DNA from: an uncultured delta proteobacterium
Lineage (GTDB): Bacteria > Desulfobacterota > Binatia > Binatales > Binataceae
DNA: 64,000 nt
Assembly: GCA_963765675.1 (NCBI GenBank)
Contig: CAVXXK010000007.1
Location: 32,001 to 96,000, forward strand
Direction: 5' to 3'
Position numbers and translations under genes: made by a program. The notes under the pieces were generated by a model. That model made no database searches. It was not told the DNA's origin and saw only the letters and a list, made by a program, of their open reading frames with translations. Below, piece after piece: positions 28,997 to 38,736 of this stretch; within the stretch, counting starts at the first letter, position 1, and the number at the start of each line of letters is the position of its first letter.

Positions 28997-29407
28997 ATGG
29001 CACAGGAGAGTGCATCGCTGCTCATCGGCAGGGCGCTTCGCAAGCGTTGCCCGGTATGTGGCAACGGCGCGGTCTTCGCCTCGCACTTCCACATGAACCG
29101 GACCTGCCCGGCCTGCCATGCGATATTCTGGAAAGATCCCGGCGAGTCGCTCGGTGCTATGTACCTTGACTATGCGGTCGCTGCGGGTGCGTTTCTGATT
29201 TGCTGGGCAATCCTGGATTGGACCACCAGTCTTTCCGATCTCACCCAGCTCGTCATTTTGTCGGTGATCGCGGTCGCGAGCGTGTTGGCATGCTTCCCCT
29301 ACACCCGCAGCGCATGGACGGTGCTGGTGTATATCTCGGGCGGAATCGAACGTCCGCAGCTCCGCGTGATTCGCGGCGGCAAAGACGATTCCCATCGCGC
29401 CGCCTAG
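28997..29407 (+). CDS. DUF983 family membrane protein
   Basis: RCPVCGNG..CPAC zinc knuckles, two TM helices. Confidence 0.85.
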   Translation: MAQESASLLIGRALRKRCPVCGNGAVFASHFHMNRTCPACHAIFWKDPGESLGAMYLDYAVAAGAFLICWAILDWTTSLSDLTQLVILSVIAVASVLACFPYTRSAWTVLVYISGGIERPQLRVIRGGKDDSHRAA

Positions 29408-30585
29408 CGGCGCATCGCTGCGATCTTCTGCGGCAGTTTCGCGAGGCGTTCGGCGGCTCGCGCGATCGTTTCATCGCTCTTCGAGAAGGTGAAGCGCACC
29501 TGGCGATGCCCGAGTTCCGGGCGATGGTAGAAGCTCGAGCCGGGTACGGCGGCGACCCCGACCTCGTCCAGCAGAAACGCGGCGGCGGCGAAATCGTCCT
29601 TGAATCCGAGCGGTCCGATGTCCGCCATTATGTAGTACGCGCCCGCCGGATTGGTGCACTTGAGGCCCGCGCCGGTCAGCGCCGCATAGAGCGCCGCGCG
29701 CTTGCGCTCGTACATCGCGGCCAGCTCCGCATAGAACGACTCCGGCAGGCGCAGCGCGACGGCCCCTGCCTCTTGCAGCGGATGCGGCGCGCCGACGGTC
29801 AGAAAATCGTGAACCTTGCGGATCGCCGACGTGATCCGCTCGGAGGCGATCGCGTAGGCAAGGCGCCATCCGGTTATCGAGTAGGTCTTCGACAGACCAC
29901 TGATCGTAATGGTTCGCTCGGCCATCCCGGGCAGCGTCGCGAGCGAGATATGCCGCGCGCCGCCGTAGATGATGTGCTCGTAAATCTCGTCGGTGATCGC
30001 GAGCGTGTCGTAGCGATTGCATAGAGCCGCGATCGTTTCGAGCTCCGCACGCGTGAAAACCTTGCCGGTCGGATTGTTCGGCGTGTTGACGACGATCGCC
30101 TTGGTGCGCGGGCTGAACGCCGCTTCGAGCTCCGCGCGATCGATCGAAAAATCCGGCTCGCGCAGCGCGACGTACTTTGGCGACGCGCCTGCCAGAATCA
30201 CGTCGGGTCCGTAATTCTCATAAAACGGCTCGAAGATGATCACCTCGTCGCCCGGGTTCACAATCGCGAGCATCGTGGCGACCATCGCCTCGGTCGCGCC
30301 GCAGGTGACGGTCACGTTACGGTCGGCGTCGCACTTGATCCCGTTGTAAGAGCGTACTTTGTCGGCTATCGCGGCGCGGAAGTTGGGCGAGCCGTGGGTG
30401 ATCGCGTACTGGTTATACTCTTCGTCGATCGCGCGCTTGGCGGCCTCTTTGAGCTCAGTGGGCGCGGCAAAATCGGGATATCCCTGGGCCAGATTGACCG
30501 CGCCGGACTTGAGCGCCCGCCGCGTCATCTCGCGGATCACGGACTCGGTGAAAAAACGGGTCTTGTTGGATACGTCGGTCGGCAT
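29404..30585 (-). CDS. Class I/II PLP-dependent aminotransferase
   Basis: NLAQGYPDF, NTPNNPTGKV, DEIYEH, SKTYSITGWRL. Confidence 0.95.
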   Translation of the reverse strand: MPTDVSNKTRFFTESVIREMTRRALKSGAVNLAQGYPDFAAPTELKEAAKRAIDEEYNQYAITHGSPNFRAAIADKVRSYNGIKCDADRNVTVTCGATEAMVATMLAIVNPGDEVIIFEPFYENYGPDVILAGASPKYVALREPDFSIDRAELEAAFSPRTKAIVVNTPNNPTGKVFTRAELETIAALCNRYDTLAITDEIYEHIIYGGARHISLATLPGMAERTITISGLSKTYSITGWRLAYAIASERITSAIRKVHDFLTVGAPHPLQEAGAVALRLPESFYAELAAMYERKRAALYAALTGAGLKCTNPAGAYYIMADIGPLGFKDDFAAAAFLLDEVGVAAVPGSSFYHRPELGHRQVRFTFSKSDETIARAAERLAKLPQKIAAMRR

Positions 30586-30697
30586 CGACCGACCACTTTA
30601 GCGCGCTGGCCGGCGCCAGCACTAGAACCTACCGGAGAAATTGGTCGTGCGCGGGGCAAAGATCTGCCGCCGCGGCGTGGTACCGCATGCTATCGAT

Positions 30698-30898
30698 TCA
30701 GGCGTCGGCCAGGATGGAAGCGCCTTGGCGCAAACGCCAATCGTCGATAACTTCGACGTTAAAACGCCAATCACTGCCTATCTTGAAGCCCGGTAACTGG
30801 CCCTTCTTGAGCAGGCGATAGATAGTTGAGCGATGAACTCGGAGGTACTCCGCGAGCTCATTTACGGTAAGGACCTTGGTAGCGGTGGCAGTCTGCAT
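30698..30898 (-). CDS. Small excisionase-like HTH_17 DNA-binding protein
   Basis: LTVNELAEYLRVHRSTIYRL..LPGFKIGSDWRF; SD GGGAG. Confidence 0.9.
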   Translation of the reverse strand: MQTATATKVLTVNELAEYLRVHRSTIYRLLKKGQLPGFKIGSDWRFNVEVIDDWRLRQGASILADA

Positions 30899-31082
30899 AC
30901 TGTTGCGATTCTCCCCATCGCAGTAGCGATTGTTCTAGACGCCCGTACGATAGCATAGACGACTTCCCGTTACCAAACCCAATCGTTAAGGCGTTCAAAG
31001 CAGTCAAATCAGTCTTTGTGTAGGATTATTACACCATCAGATAGTACAAAGGGGCCGGTAGATGTAATAGGAAGTATGATTA

Positions 31083-32543
31083 TCAGCCAAAAAGGCGGAC
31101 TGCGGCTGCACGCAACTCGGCTCGATGGTCAGGATGCGCGATCGCGATCAGCTCGGAGGCGCGTTCGCGATGGTTTTTGCCAAGCAGACGCGCGATTCCG
31201 TACTCACTGATAATTGTATCGGCGAAAAAGCGCGGGATTGTCACGAGCGCTCCCTCCTCGAGCCGGGGAACGATTCGCGAAACCGCGCCGCCCAGCGCGG
31301 TCGAGGCGATCAATGTGATCGAACGACCGCCAGGGCACAGAAATGCCCCCATATGCATCTCGGGTTGGCCTCCGGTGCCGTTGATCATCCGGCCACCCAC
31401 AACGGTTTCGGCGGTGATCTGGCCGGTCAGGTCGATTCCGAGCGCATTGTTGATCGAGGTCTGCCGGTAATTACCCATCAGGGTGCCGATGTTGAGGACA
31501 TATTCGGGATCGTAGAGCTCGAAGGCGGGATTGTCGTCCACGATCTTGAGGTCTTCGGGAGCGGAGCCGGACCATGCTACGGCAACGGCGCGGCCGCGAT
31601 GACTGGTTTTGCGGCGACCGTTGATTATCCCGCGATCGACCAGCCGTGCGATTCCGGGCGCGACCATCTCGGTGTGCAGGCCGAGATCATGCTTGGAGTC
31701 GAACGCGCCCAGGCGCGGCATTTGACCGCTCGGGTCGCCGACGCCGATCTGGATCGTCACGCCGTCCTCGATCACTTCCGAGAGATAGCCCGCGATCGTC
31801 GCGTACTCCTTGGGCGGCGGCGAGATTCCGAGCAGCACACGCAAGTCGGTAATCGACATCCGCTGTAAATATTGCACGATCGGAAAAATTCGGTCGATTC
31901 CAGCCTCGTCGATCGCCGCGCGCACGCCCGCGCGCTTGTCCTCGTCCATCCGGGCCAGTTCGCGCTCGACCACGGCGGGATCCCCGGGCGCGGCGGTAGA
32001 ATCGACGAACCATGCGAACTCGCTCACGTGCATAAAGACGTCGCCGTAGGTGCGGGTCAGGTTGCGGTCCACTTCCGCGATAACCATCCGCGCTCGCCGC
32101 GCGTACGCCCGTTTGTTCCATTGATGCGGCCCGAAACTGACGAAGCCCTTCGAGTTGGGGGGAGTGATATTGACGAATGCGATATCGATCGGCTTGTCCT
32201 CGGCGGGGCGTTCGTCGTGCGCCTTGAACTGGGTCGAGAACAGGTTGGGCAGATAGGTGGCCTGGCGGCGATCGTGAAGCGGACGCGCGAGATTGCCGAT
32301 AAAGAGCTCGAATTCGAGGCGGAACTTGGCGCTCAGATCCTGCGAGAGCCATCCGGGGTCGGCGGTCGGCGCGGTGATGCGGACGTCGACGCTACCCTCG
32401 AGCTCCGCGGCGCGTGCGCCGATCGCGTGCTGCATCGGGGCGGCGGCTGCCAGCGGGAAATCGATCCGCATTCCGGGCTTGACCAGCCGCGCGGCCTGCT
32501 CGTGGGTAAGTTGATGTGCGCGAAAATGCTCCTGCCAATCCAT
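31083..32543 (-). CDS. Acetyl-CoA hydrolase/4-hydroxybutyrate CoA-transferase family
   Basis: IQIGVG, GLHTEM, INNALGIDLTGQ, GTGGQ, SEYGIARL, LIAIAHPDHR. Confidence 0.92.
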   Translation of the reverse strand: MDWQEHFRAHQLTHEQAARLVKPGMRIDFPLAAAAPMQHAIGARAAELEGSVDVRITAPTADPGWLSQDLSAKFRLEFELFIGNLARPLHDRRQATYLPNLFSTQFKAHDERPAEDKPIDIAFVNITPPNSKGFVSFGPHQWNKRAYARRARMVIAEVDRNLTRTYGDVFMHVSEFAWFVDSTAAPGDPAVVERELARMDEDKRAGVRAAIDEAGIDRIFPIVQYLQRMSITDLRVLLGISPPPKEYATIAGYLSEVIEDGVTIQIGVGDPSGQMPRLGAFDSKHDLGLHTEMVAPGIARLVDRGIINGRRKTSHRGRAVAVAWSGSAPEDLKIVDDNPAFELYDPEYVLNIGTLMGNYRQTSINNALGIDLTGQITAETVVGGRMINGTGGQPEMHMGAFLCPGGRSITLIASTALGGAVSRIVPRLEEGALVTIPRFFADTIISEYGIARLLGKNHRERASELIAIAHPDHRAELRAAAVRLFG

Positions 32544-32721
32544 GCGCGGATTCTCCTGCGGTTGATAAATGCGTGGTGGGAAGCGCCGAACCATTGTCGG
32601 CATGACCGCCACGATCTCGCGCTGTAGCATTGCATTGATGAACTTGTCCAATCGCGCGGCGGCGGTTAGCGTTGCAGCCATCGGCGCAGAGCCGATTTAT
32701 CCGATGATGGAACGCTGAGCG

Positions 32722-33303
32722 ATGATTCTTCCGGTAGGCGACGTGCACTATGAGATTCGGAGCGGCGGAGCGATCGTCGCGGTAGAGGACTCGAACTTCG
32801 ACGGTCATCGGATTGCGGGCGAGCGGCGTTTTGTTGACAGCGCGAACCGTTACGCAGCCAGCGCGGAACTCGCCGACGATTCGAGTATCGCGCGTATCAC
32901 GCTCAGCTACTCGCGCGGGCCGTTCAATCGTACCGCCAGCTACGAGGCCGCCGGAGATTTTCTGCGCGGACAGATTGGACGCAACGCGGTGACGGCGAAA
33001 CTCGGACGGCTGCGCGAGATCGATGCCGGCCTGGTGATCTTTCGGGCGCTGATTATCGCGCGGGTGCGCGCGCGCGGGCAGCTGCGATGGACCGGGCGCG
33101 TCGCAGCGATCGATCCCGCCACTCTGGTTGCGGATTCGAACAAGCAATCCGCCAGATGCATCGACAGCGCGGGCCTCAGGTGGATTTACGAACCGCGGAT
33201 GGGCGATCGCGAGGAGATCGAGCTTGACGCGGCGGGCCGTATCGTTTCGCGCCGCGACGAACGCGGCACCGAGGCGATCCTGATCGCCCCCGCGCGCGGC
33301 TAG
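32722..33303 (+). CDS. Hypothetical beta-rich protein
   Basis: Fills intergenic space, plausible composition, no recognised motif. Confidence 0.6.
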   Translation: MILPVGDVHYEIRSGGAIVAVEDSNFDGHRIAGERRFVDSANRYAASAELADDSSIARITLSYSRGPFNRTASYEAAGDFLRGQIGRNAVTAKLGRLREIDAGLVIFRALIIARVRARGQLRWTGRVAAIDPATLVADSNKQSARCIDSAGLRWIYEPRMGDREEIELDAAGRIVSRRDERGTEAILIAPARG

Positions 33304-33307
33304 CGCG

Positions 33308-33652
33308 TTATGCCGCCGCGCGAGACCGCGGCATCTTGCAATCGCCGTCGAAGGTCGCGCCCTCGTTGAGCACCAGGCTGGGTGTGCTGATGGTGCATTG
33401 CGCACGCGCGGTGGCGAGCAGCTCGACGCGTTCGCGGGCGGTGACTTCACCGCTGAACGCGCCCGCGATCGTGACCTTGCCGGCGGAGATTCGCGCGCTG
33501 ACGACGGCGCCGCTCGCGATGATCACCTCGTCGCCGGAAATTTCGCCCTCAGCCTCGCCTTCGATTTTGACCGGCCCTTTGAAGAAGAGCTTGCCCGAGG
33601 CCTTGGTGCCTTTGCCGATGCGTGATTCGAATGATGCGTCGTCAGATGCCAT
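33308..33652 (-). CDS. Bactofilin (polymer-forming cytoskeletal protein)
   Basis: IGKGTKASGKL..VKIEG..GEV.A.ERVEL..LVLNEGATFDGDCKM; SD AAGGA. Confidence 0.9.
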   Translation of the reverse strand: MASDDASFESRIGKGTKASGKLFFKGPVKIEGEAEGEISGDEVIIASGAVVSARISAGKVTIAGAFSGEVTARERVELLATARAQCTISTPSLVLNEGATFDGDCKMPRSRAAA

Positions 33653-33805
33653 GGCTACTTCCTTGAGTTGGATGCGAGCAAGAGTATGGCGAGATTCGCG
33701 TAAGCGCTGCAATCGAATGCGAGGTAACTAACATACAACAGTGCTGGTTAAACCGTGCATTTGCGCTTTTGCACTCAAACCATTTGCGCGCGACAATAGC
33801 CCGTC

Positions 33806-35716
33806 ATGCCGAATTCCACTTTGATCGAACACGGACCCGAGCGCCCGGGCGGCCAGGGTCTCGACTCCAACCAGTACGAATCGGGCGATCGCGCGATCTT
33901 GGCGCTGCTCAAAGAGACTCGCGCGGCCGAGCAGGTCGATCTGGTCGCGACCTGGCGCGGCGACGCGTACGAGGTTTGGTCGCGCGGCGGAATGATCCGC
34001 TTCAAGCGTTTTCGAGATTCGAGCGGCGCACTCAGCTTTGAGGTGATCGAGCAGGTCGGCGTCAACCCGGTTGCGCGGCAGGATCCGTTCGCGGTAGCGA
34101 CGATCGATGAAGAACTCGACGCGGCACGCCGCAGCGGAAATTCCGCCGACGATCCGAATCGCGCCTACTTTGAGCCCCATACGCTGACGCACCCCGACGC
34201 CTACGAACGGCTCGCGCAGTTGTTCGACAGCCCGCGTGGTCCAGACCTGGTCGTGAGCCCGAAAGCTTATGCGTATGGGCTCCAGCCGGGGCAGCATGGT
34301 GCGCTCGACGTGGTGCAATCGCGCGCTCCGCTGATATTCAGCGGTCCGGGAGTGCGGCGCGGAAACGTCAAGCTCGCGGCGCGGCACGTCGATATCGCGC
34401 CGACGATCGCAGCGGTCATGAAGTTTCCCGAAATCGACGGACGCGGACCGTCGGGGATGCCGGCTCGGACCCTGCTAAAACGCCAGGACGGAGTTGCGCT
34501 CGAAGATCTTATCGACTCCGATTCCGCGGCTCCCGAGCGCGTTTATCTGATTCTGCTCGACGGACTGTCGCATACCGAGCTGCTGTGGCAGCTCGAAAAT
34601 AATCGCGCGGCGATTCCGAACCTCGCGATGCTGGTCGAATCCGGCGCGATGCTCTCGCATGGCTCGATCGTCAATTTCCCGAGCATCACATGGCCCAGTC
34701 ATTCGACGATCCTGACCGGTGCGTGGTGCGGACATCACGACGTGGTGAATCCGACGTTTCATCTGCGCGAGCATCGCCAGACCGTTCCGATCCAGGGAAA
34801 TATCTACGAAGGCGAGGGGTACGTTAATCCCGTGGTTGAGACGCTGTACGAGGCGTTCAAGCGCGTGCGCGGCGCGAGCGCAGTTACCGCGTCGATTCAC
34901 GAGCCGCAAGGACGTGGCGCCGACCACGCGGTCTTCGAGCGTCGGATCGTCGGCGACAAGGCGCGCCTCAAGGCTCTGACCAAGGAGATGTCGGATGATC
35001 TCAGTCCGCGTTGGATCGCCGACGGCAAGCCGGGAATGCATAACGAGGAGATCGTCGACGTGCGCGGGATGGCGCAGATGCTCGTGCTGTTCGAGCATTG
35101 CGGCGATACGCCGCCGGTCTTCGTCGCACACGAATTTGTACTCACCGACGGCGCGGGCCACGACTACGGGCCGCATCATGCCGGCCTGCGAGAGGCGATC
35201 GTGCGCACCGACGCGCGAATCGGAAAGATCTTCGACACCCTGCGCGCGCGCGGTCTGTTCGATTCGACACTGTTCGTCCTGACCTCCGATCACGGGATGG
35301 CGGCGCAGCGGATCGAGCTCAAGGCGAATCCCTCGTGCGAGCCGCAGAGCGCCGGAATCAAGGGTATCTTCGCCGAGCCGATGATCTATCTGCGTGATCT
35401 CGCGTTCGAAATAGAGCGCACGCGCGATCTGCGCAGCTTGCGCGTGACGGTGCTCGACAACGATCATCTGCCCGACGGCGAGCGACCTCCCGTCGCGGGC
35501 GCACGTGTGGTCGTGCGCGGGAAAGACGATCGCGTGCTCGCGGAGATGGTGACCGGTGAATCGGGACGGGTCGCGTGCGCGACGCCGGCGGATCTTTCCG
35601 ATCGCGAAATCGTGCTCGAGATTGAGCATCCAGATTTCAACTGGCGCCAGCTTCGCGCCGACGGCGCCCCGATTCGCGACGCGGATATCAGGCACGCGCT
35701 CTATCCGCGCGCGTAG
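33806..35716 (+). CDS. Alkaline phosphatase superfamily (nucleotide pyrophosphatase-like) protein, permuted motif order
   Basis: GQHG, PLIFSGPG, VDIAPT precede LLDG, PSITWPSH, DGAGH, TSDHG. Confidence 0.85.
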   Translation: MPNSTLIEHGPERPGGQGLDSNQYESGDRAILALLKETRAAEQVDLVATWRGDAYEVWSRGGMIRFKRFRDSSGALSFEVIEQVGVNPVARQDPFAVATIDEELDAARRSGNSADDPNRAYFEPHTLTHPDAYERLAQLFDSPRGPDLVVSPKAYAYGLQPGQHGALDVVQSRAPLIFSGPGVRRGNVKLAARHVDIAPTIAAVMKFPEIDGRGPSGMPARTLLKRQDGVALEDLIDSDSAAPERVYLILLDGLSHTELLWQLENNRAAIPNLAMLVESGAMLSHGSIVNFPSITWPSHSTILTGAWCGHHDVVNPTFHLREHRQTVPIQGNIYEGEGYVNPVVETLYEAFKRVRGASAVTASIHEPQGRGADHAVFERRIVGDKARLKALTKEMSDDLSPRWIADGKPGMHNEEIVDVRGMAQMLVLFEHCGDTPPVFVAHEFVLTDGAGHDYGPHHAGLREAIVRTDARIGKIFDTLRARGLFDSTLFVLTSDHGMAAQRIELKANPSCEPQSAGIKGIFAEPMIYLRDLAFEIERTRDLRSLRVTVLDNDHLPDGERPPVAGARVVVRGKDDRVLAEMVTGESGRVACATPADLSDREIVLEIEHPDFNWRQLRADGAPIRDADIRHALYPRA

Positions 35717-35766
35717 CCTCGAGCGGGTTTTTCCCGCTGGCGCGCTTGCGTGCTAGTCTCCGCGCC

Positions 35767-36546
35767 ATGCATGATCTTAAGGGGAAAGTGGCTCTCGTTA
35801 CGGGTGGAACGCGCGGCCTCGGACGCGCGCTGTCGACGCGCCTGGCCGAACTCGGCGCCACAATCGCGATGAACTATCGGCGCGACGAGGACAGCGCCGC
35901 GCGCACGCTCGAGACGGTGCGCGCGCTCGCGCCGCGCTCGATTCTGATCAAGGCTGACCTCGAGAACGACGCCGAGGTGCGCGCGATGGTCGCGCGGGCG
36001 GCTGAGGAATTTGGCCGGCTCGATATACTCATCGCCAACGCCGCGGCGACGGCGTTCAAGCCGTTGCTCGAATCCAAGCCGCACAATCTCCTTCGCACCT
36101 TCAACCTGAGTGTCGGTGGTTTTCTCGCGGCGGTGCAGGAAGCGACCAAGGTGATGGGCGAAGGCGGCCGCATCCTGATGATCTCGGGCATCGACTCGAT
36201 TCGAAATCTGCCGGGACATGGCGTGCTCGGTGCAGCCAAGGCCGCGCTCGAGAGCATGGTGCGTGACTTCGCGTTCGAGCTTGGCCCGCGCGGGATTACC
36301 GTCAACGGGATGAACGTCGGTTATATCGACACCGACTCGGCGCGCTATTACGCACAATATCTCGGCGATGCGTACGAAGAGTTTCAGCGCCGATGCGCCG
36401 AGCGCTCGGCGATCAAGCGGCTGCCAACATTGGCGGAGGTCGCCGCAATCGCGTGTCTCATCTGCCTGCCCGAAGCCAGCTACCTGACCGCGCAAACGAT
36501 AATGGTCGACGGAGGTTTCACCCTGCATTTCCCCGGCGCGAAGTAG
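35767..36546 (+). CDS. SDR oxidoreductase (FabL-like enoyl-ACP reductase)
   Basis: TGGTRGLG, NAAATAFKP, GAAKAALE, TIMVDGG. Confidence 0.88.
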   Translation: MHDLKGKVALVTGGTRGLGRALSTRLAELGATIAMNYRRDEDSAARTLETVRALAPRSILIKADLENDAEVRAMVARAAEEFGRLDILIANAAATAFKPLLESKPHNLLRTFNLSVGGFLAAVQEATKVMGEGGRILMISGIDSIRNLPGHGVLGAAKAALESMVRDFAFELGPRGITVNGMNVGYIDTDSARYYAQYLGDAYEEFQRRCAERSAIKRLPTLAEVAAIACLICLPEASYLTAQTIMVDGGFTLHFPGAK

Positions 36547-36603
36547 GGCGCAGAGGTGAGGTTGGACGGATCGAGAATGGTGAAAAGGCGGGAATGGTGA
36601 AAA

Positions 36604-37320
36604 GGCGGGCGAGCCGCCCGCCGCCACTGACATAAGGAGGACGGCGGCTGCGTGAAAGGGTGACTAAAAGACGTGAACGGAATCAGATACTCAGTCTTTT
36701 CAGTTCAGCCAGAACAACAATTGCCAGTGGGGGCGGACGGCCCGTCCGCCTGGAAATCCAGAACATAGATGTTGCGCTTCTATCGACGGCAACTGCCGCA
36801 CTATCGCAAGGACGACGCATGGTATTTCGTTACATGGCGTGTCGCGCCCGGACGTGCAGCGTTGGCCGATGGCGAACGGTCGATTGTGGCGGAGAAGATT
36901 TGGCACGACGAAGGCCTGAAATATGAGCTCGCGGCGTTTGTAGTGATGGACGATCACGTTCATACAATTGTTCACCCCTTGGGCGGCCGTTGGCTCGAGG
37001 CTATTCTCCGCGATTGGAAATCATTCACCGCCCACGAAATTCAGAGGAAACGAGGTGCTCAAGGCGCACTTTGGCAAAGCGAATATTTTGATCGTCTGAT
37101 TCGGGACGAGCGCGAACTGGAGCAGAAACGGCTCTACATACGGATGAATCCGTTTAAGCGGTGGCCGGAACTCGATACGTATTTATGGGTGTGGCCCCTC
37201 GAGGAGTGACGCTCGGAGGTGGCGGGCGAGCCGCCCGTCACCACTGACAGAAAAAACTGGCGCGTGGAGCGAACGCAGCCTCATGATTTTATTCAGTGGG
37301 GGCGGACGGCCCGTCCGCCC
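36604..37320. repeat. Four REP sequences flanking RAYT (36604-36630 -, 36725-36750 +, 37221-37247 -, 37293-37320 +)
   Basis: Each is CAGTGG followed by a GC palindrome: CAGTGGGGGCGGACGGCCCGTCCGCC (+) or CAGTGG(C/T)G(G/A)CGGGCGGCTCGCCCGCC (-). Confidence 0.9.
36769..37209 (+). mobile_element. REP-associated tyrosine transposase (RAYT, Y1 HUH)
   Basis: YRRQLPH, YFVTW, VVMDDHVH, WKSFTA, WQSEYFDRLIRD, YIRMNP. Confidence 0.92.
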
Positions 37321-37343
37321 GCGCCGTGCTTCGCATCCGATTG

Positions 37344-37790
37344 TTATTGCGATTTCTCGATCTCGTCTGCGACCTCGGCGAGCGCTTTCCAGCCTTCGGC
37401 GGGGATGTAGTTCATCTCGATGCGCGTGCCGTCGGGGTCTTCGCATACCACCGAGTAGTAGCCGGGCCAGAATGGTCCTGTCCCCGCAGGCGAGGTGATC
37501 TTCGCGCCGATCTCGCGCAGCATCGCGTCGAACGCGTCCACCTCGGCCCGCGACCGCGCGCGAAATGACAGATGATGCAATCCGACGCGAGTCTGCGAGA
37601 AACGATCGCCGTCGGGCGCAGCCTTTCCGATCACGAACATGAACTCGCCGGTGGCCCATCCGACGCCGTAGGGCGGCGCGTTGATATACCGGCGCATCCC
37701 GAGATGGCGCATCACGCGATCGTAGAAAGCTTCGCATGCCTGGAAGTTCGCGACCGTCAAAGTGATATGCGCGATTCCGCCGAATTCCAT
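37344..37790 (-). CDS. VOC/glyoxalase family protein
   Basis: IAHITLTV, VGLHHLSFRA, YYSVVCEDPDGTRIE. Confidence 0.9.
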   Translation of the reverse strand: MEFGGIAHITLTVANFQACEAFYDRVMRHLGMRRYINAPPYGVGWATGEFMFVIGKAAPDGDRFSQTRVGLHHLSFRARSRAEVDAFDAMLREIGAKITSPAGTGPFWPGYYSVVCEDPDGTRIEMNYIPAEGWKALAEVADEIEKSQ

Positions 37791-37809
37791 CGTGGTTCTC
37801 CCGCCCCGT

Positions 37810-38583
37810 TCATTTGAGCGCGGCGCTGCGCGTGATCCGGATGTTGCCCCATTTTCCGATTGCGCCCTGCCCATGACATGACACGCTGCCTTTGCCGGGC
37901 TGAAGATCTTTTTCGCTCATCAGCCCGAGCGCGAGCGTGCATGCTCCGAGCTTGAATGGCACGTTCGAGTAACGGCGCAGCTCCTTGCCGTCCATCAGGA
38001 AGGTCACGCGGTCGGCGGCCGATTCGTAAACGATTTCGAAATGATGCATCGCGCCGGATGCGGTTACGCCGCGCGCTTCCTCGAACAGGCAGAAGTAGAG
38101 CGGACCCTGCGCAGGCTTGACCTCGGGCACGCCGGGAAACGGCAGCTTGCCGTACACGGTCGCGACGACGTCGTTGCCGACGAAAAAATCCAGCGCCGCG
38201 CCAGTCGAGAAGTCGAGCACGTTGAACGACACGAAGCCGTCGTAGAGATCGCCCGGCCGTCCGTTGACAATCGTCGCGGAGAAATCGAGCGCAAACGAAA
38301 TGGTTCCGCCCGGAGGCGGCGCGAAGGTTTGCGTGCTGAAGTACATGTGCTTGGCGTTGTCGAGAATCTGGACTGAGTCGTGATGACGCGTGTATGGCAC
38401 CGCGGCGACACGCAGAAAGCCGTCCTGGATAATCACTACCGCGTTGGGCTCCTGGTATTGCCAGAAGCCGCCGTCCTCGAGCGGAAAGCCGGCGGGAATC
38501 CATTGTCCCTGGCCGGTGATCACGGAAGCGAAATCTGAAAATTCGATCACTTCGTTTGAGGCCGCGTGCTCAGTCGTACTCAT
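37810..38583 (-). CDS. DUF6081-like hypothetical protein
   Basis: WQYQEPNA, HDSVQILDNAKHMYFST, FNVLDFSTG, HGQG recalled as DUF6081-type motifs. Confidence 0.65.
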   Translation of the reverse strand: MSTTEHAASNEVIEFSDFASVITGQGQWIPAGFPLEDGGFWQYQEPNAVVIIQDGFLRVAAVPYTRHHDSVQILDNAKHMYFSTQTFAPPPGGTISFALDFSATIVNGRPGDLYDGFVSFNVLDFSTGAALDFFVGNDVVATVYGKLPFPGVPEVKPAQGPLYFCLFEEARGVTASGAMHHFEIVYESAADRVTFLMDGKELRRYSNVPFKLGACTLALGLMSEKDLQPGKGSVSCHGQGAIGKWGNIRITRSAALK

Positions 38584-38736
38584 TTGGATGCAGTTCCAGG
38601 TAGATGAATTTTGCGGCGTGGTATCGAATCCGCCGCGATCAAACGAAACCATGGCTCCGGAACCGGCGCAAGACTTCCCTGACGCGCTCGAATCGGCCGC
38701 ACTAATTTGTGAGAATTCCAGTGCGGAGGATTCGCG

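Noticed and set aside
30698-30898. Prophage or ICE suggested by the excisionase-like gene
   Set aside because: No integrase, att/tRNA or phage genes nearby.
36604-37320. CRISPR-like array
   Set aside because: The repeats alternate in orientation, have irregular spacing and flank a RAYT; no cas genes. No CRISPR array was seen anywhere in the window.
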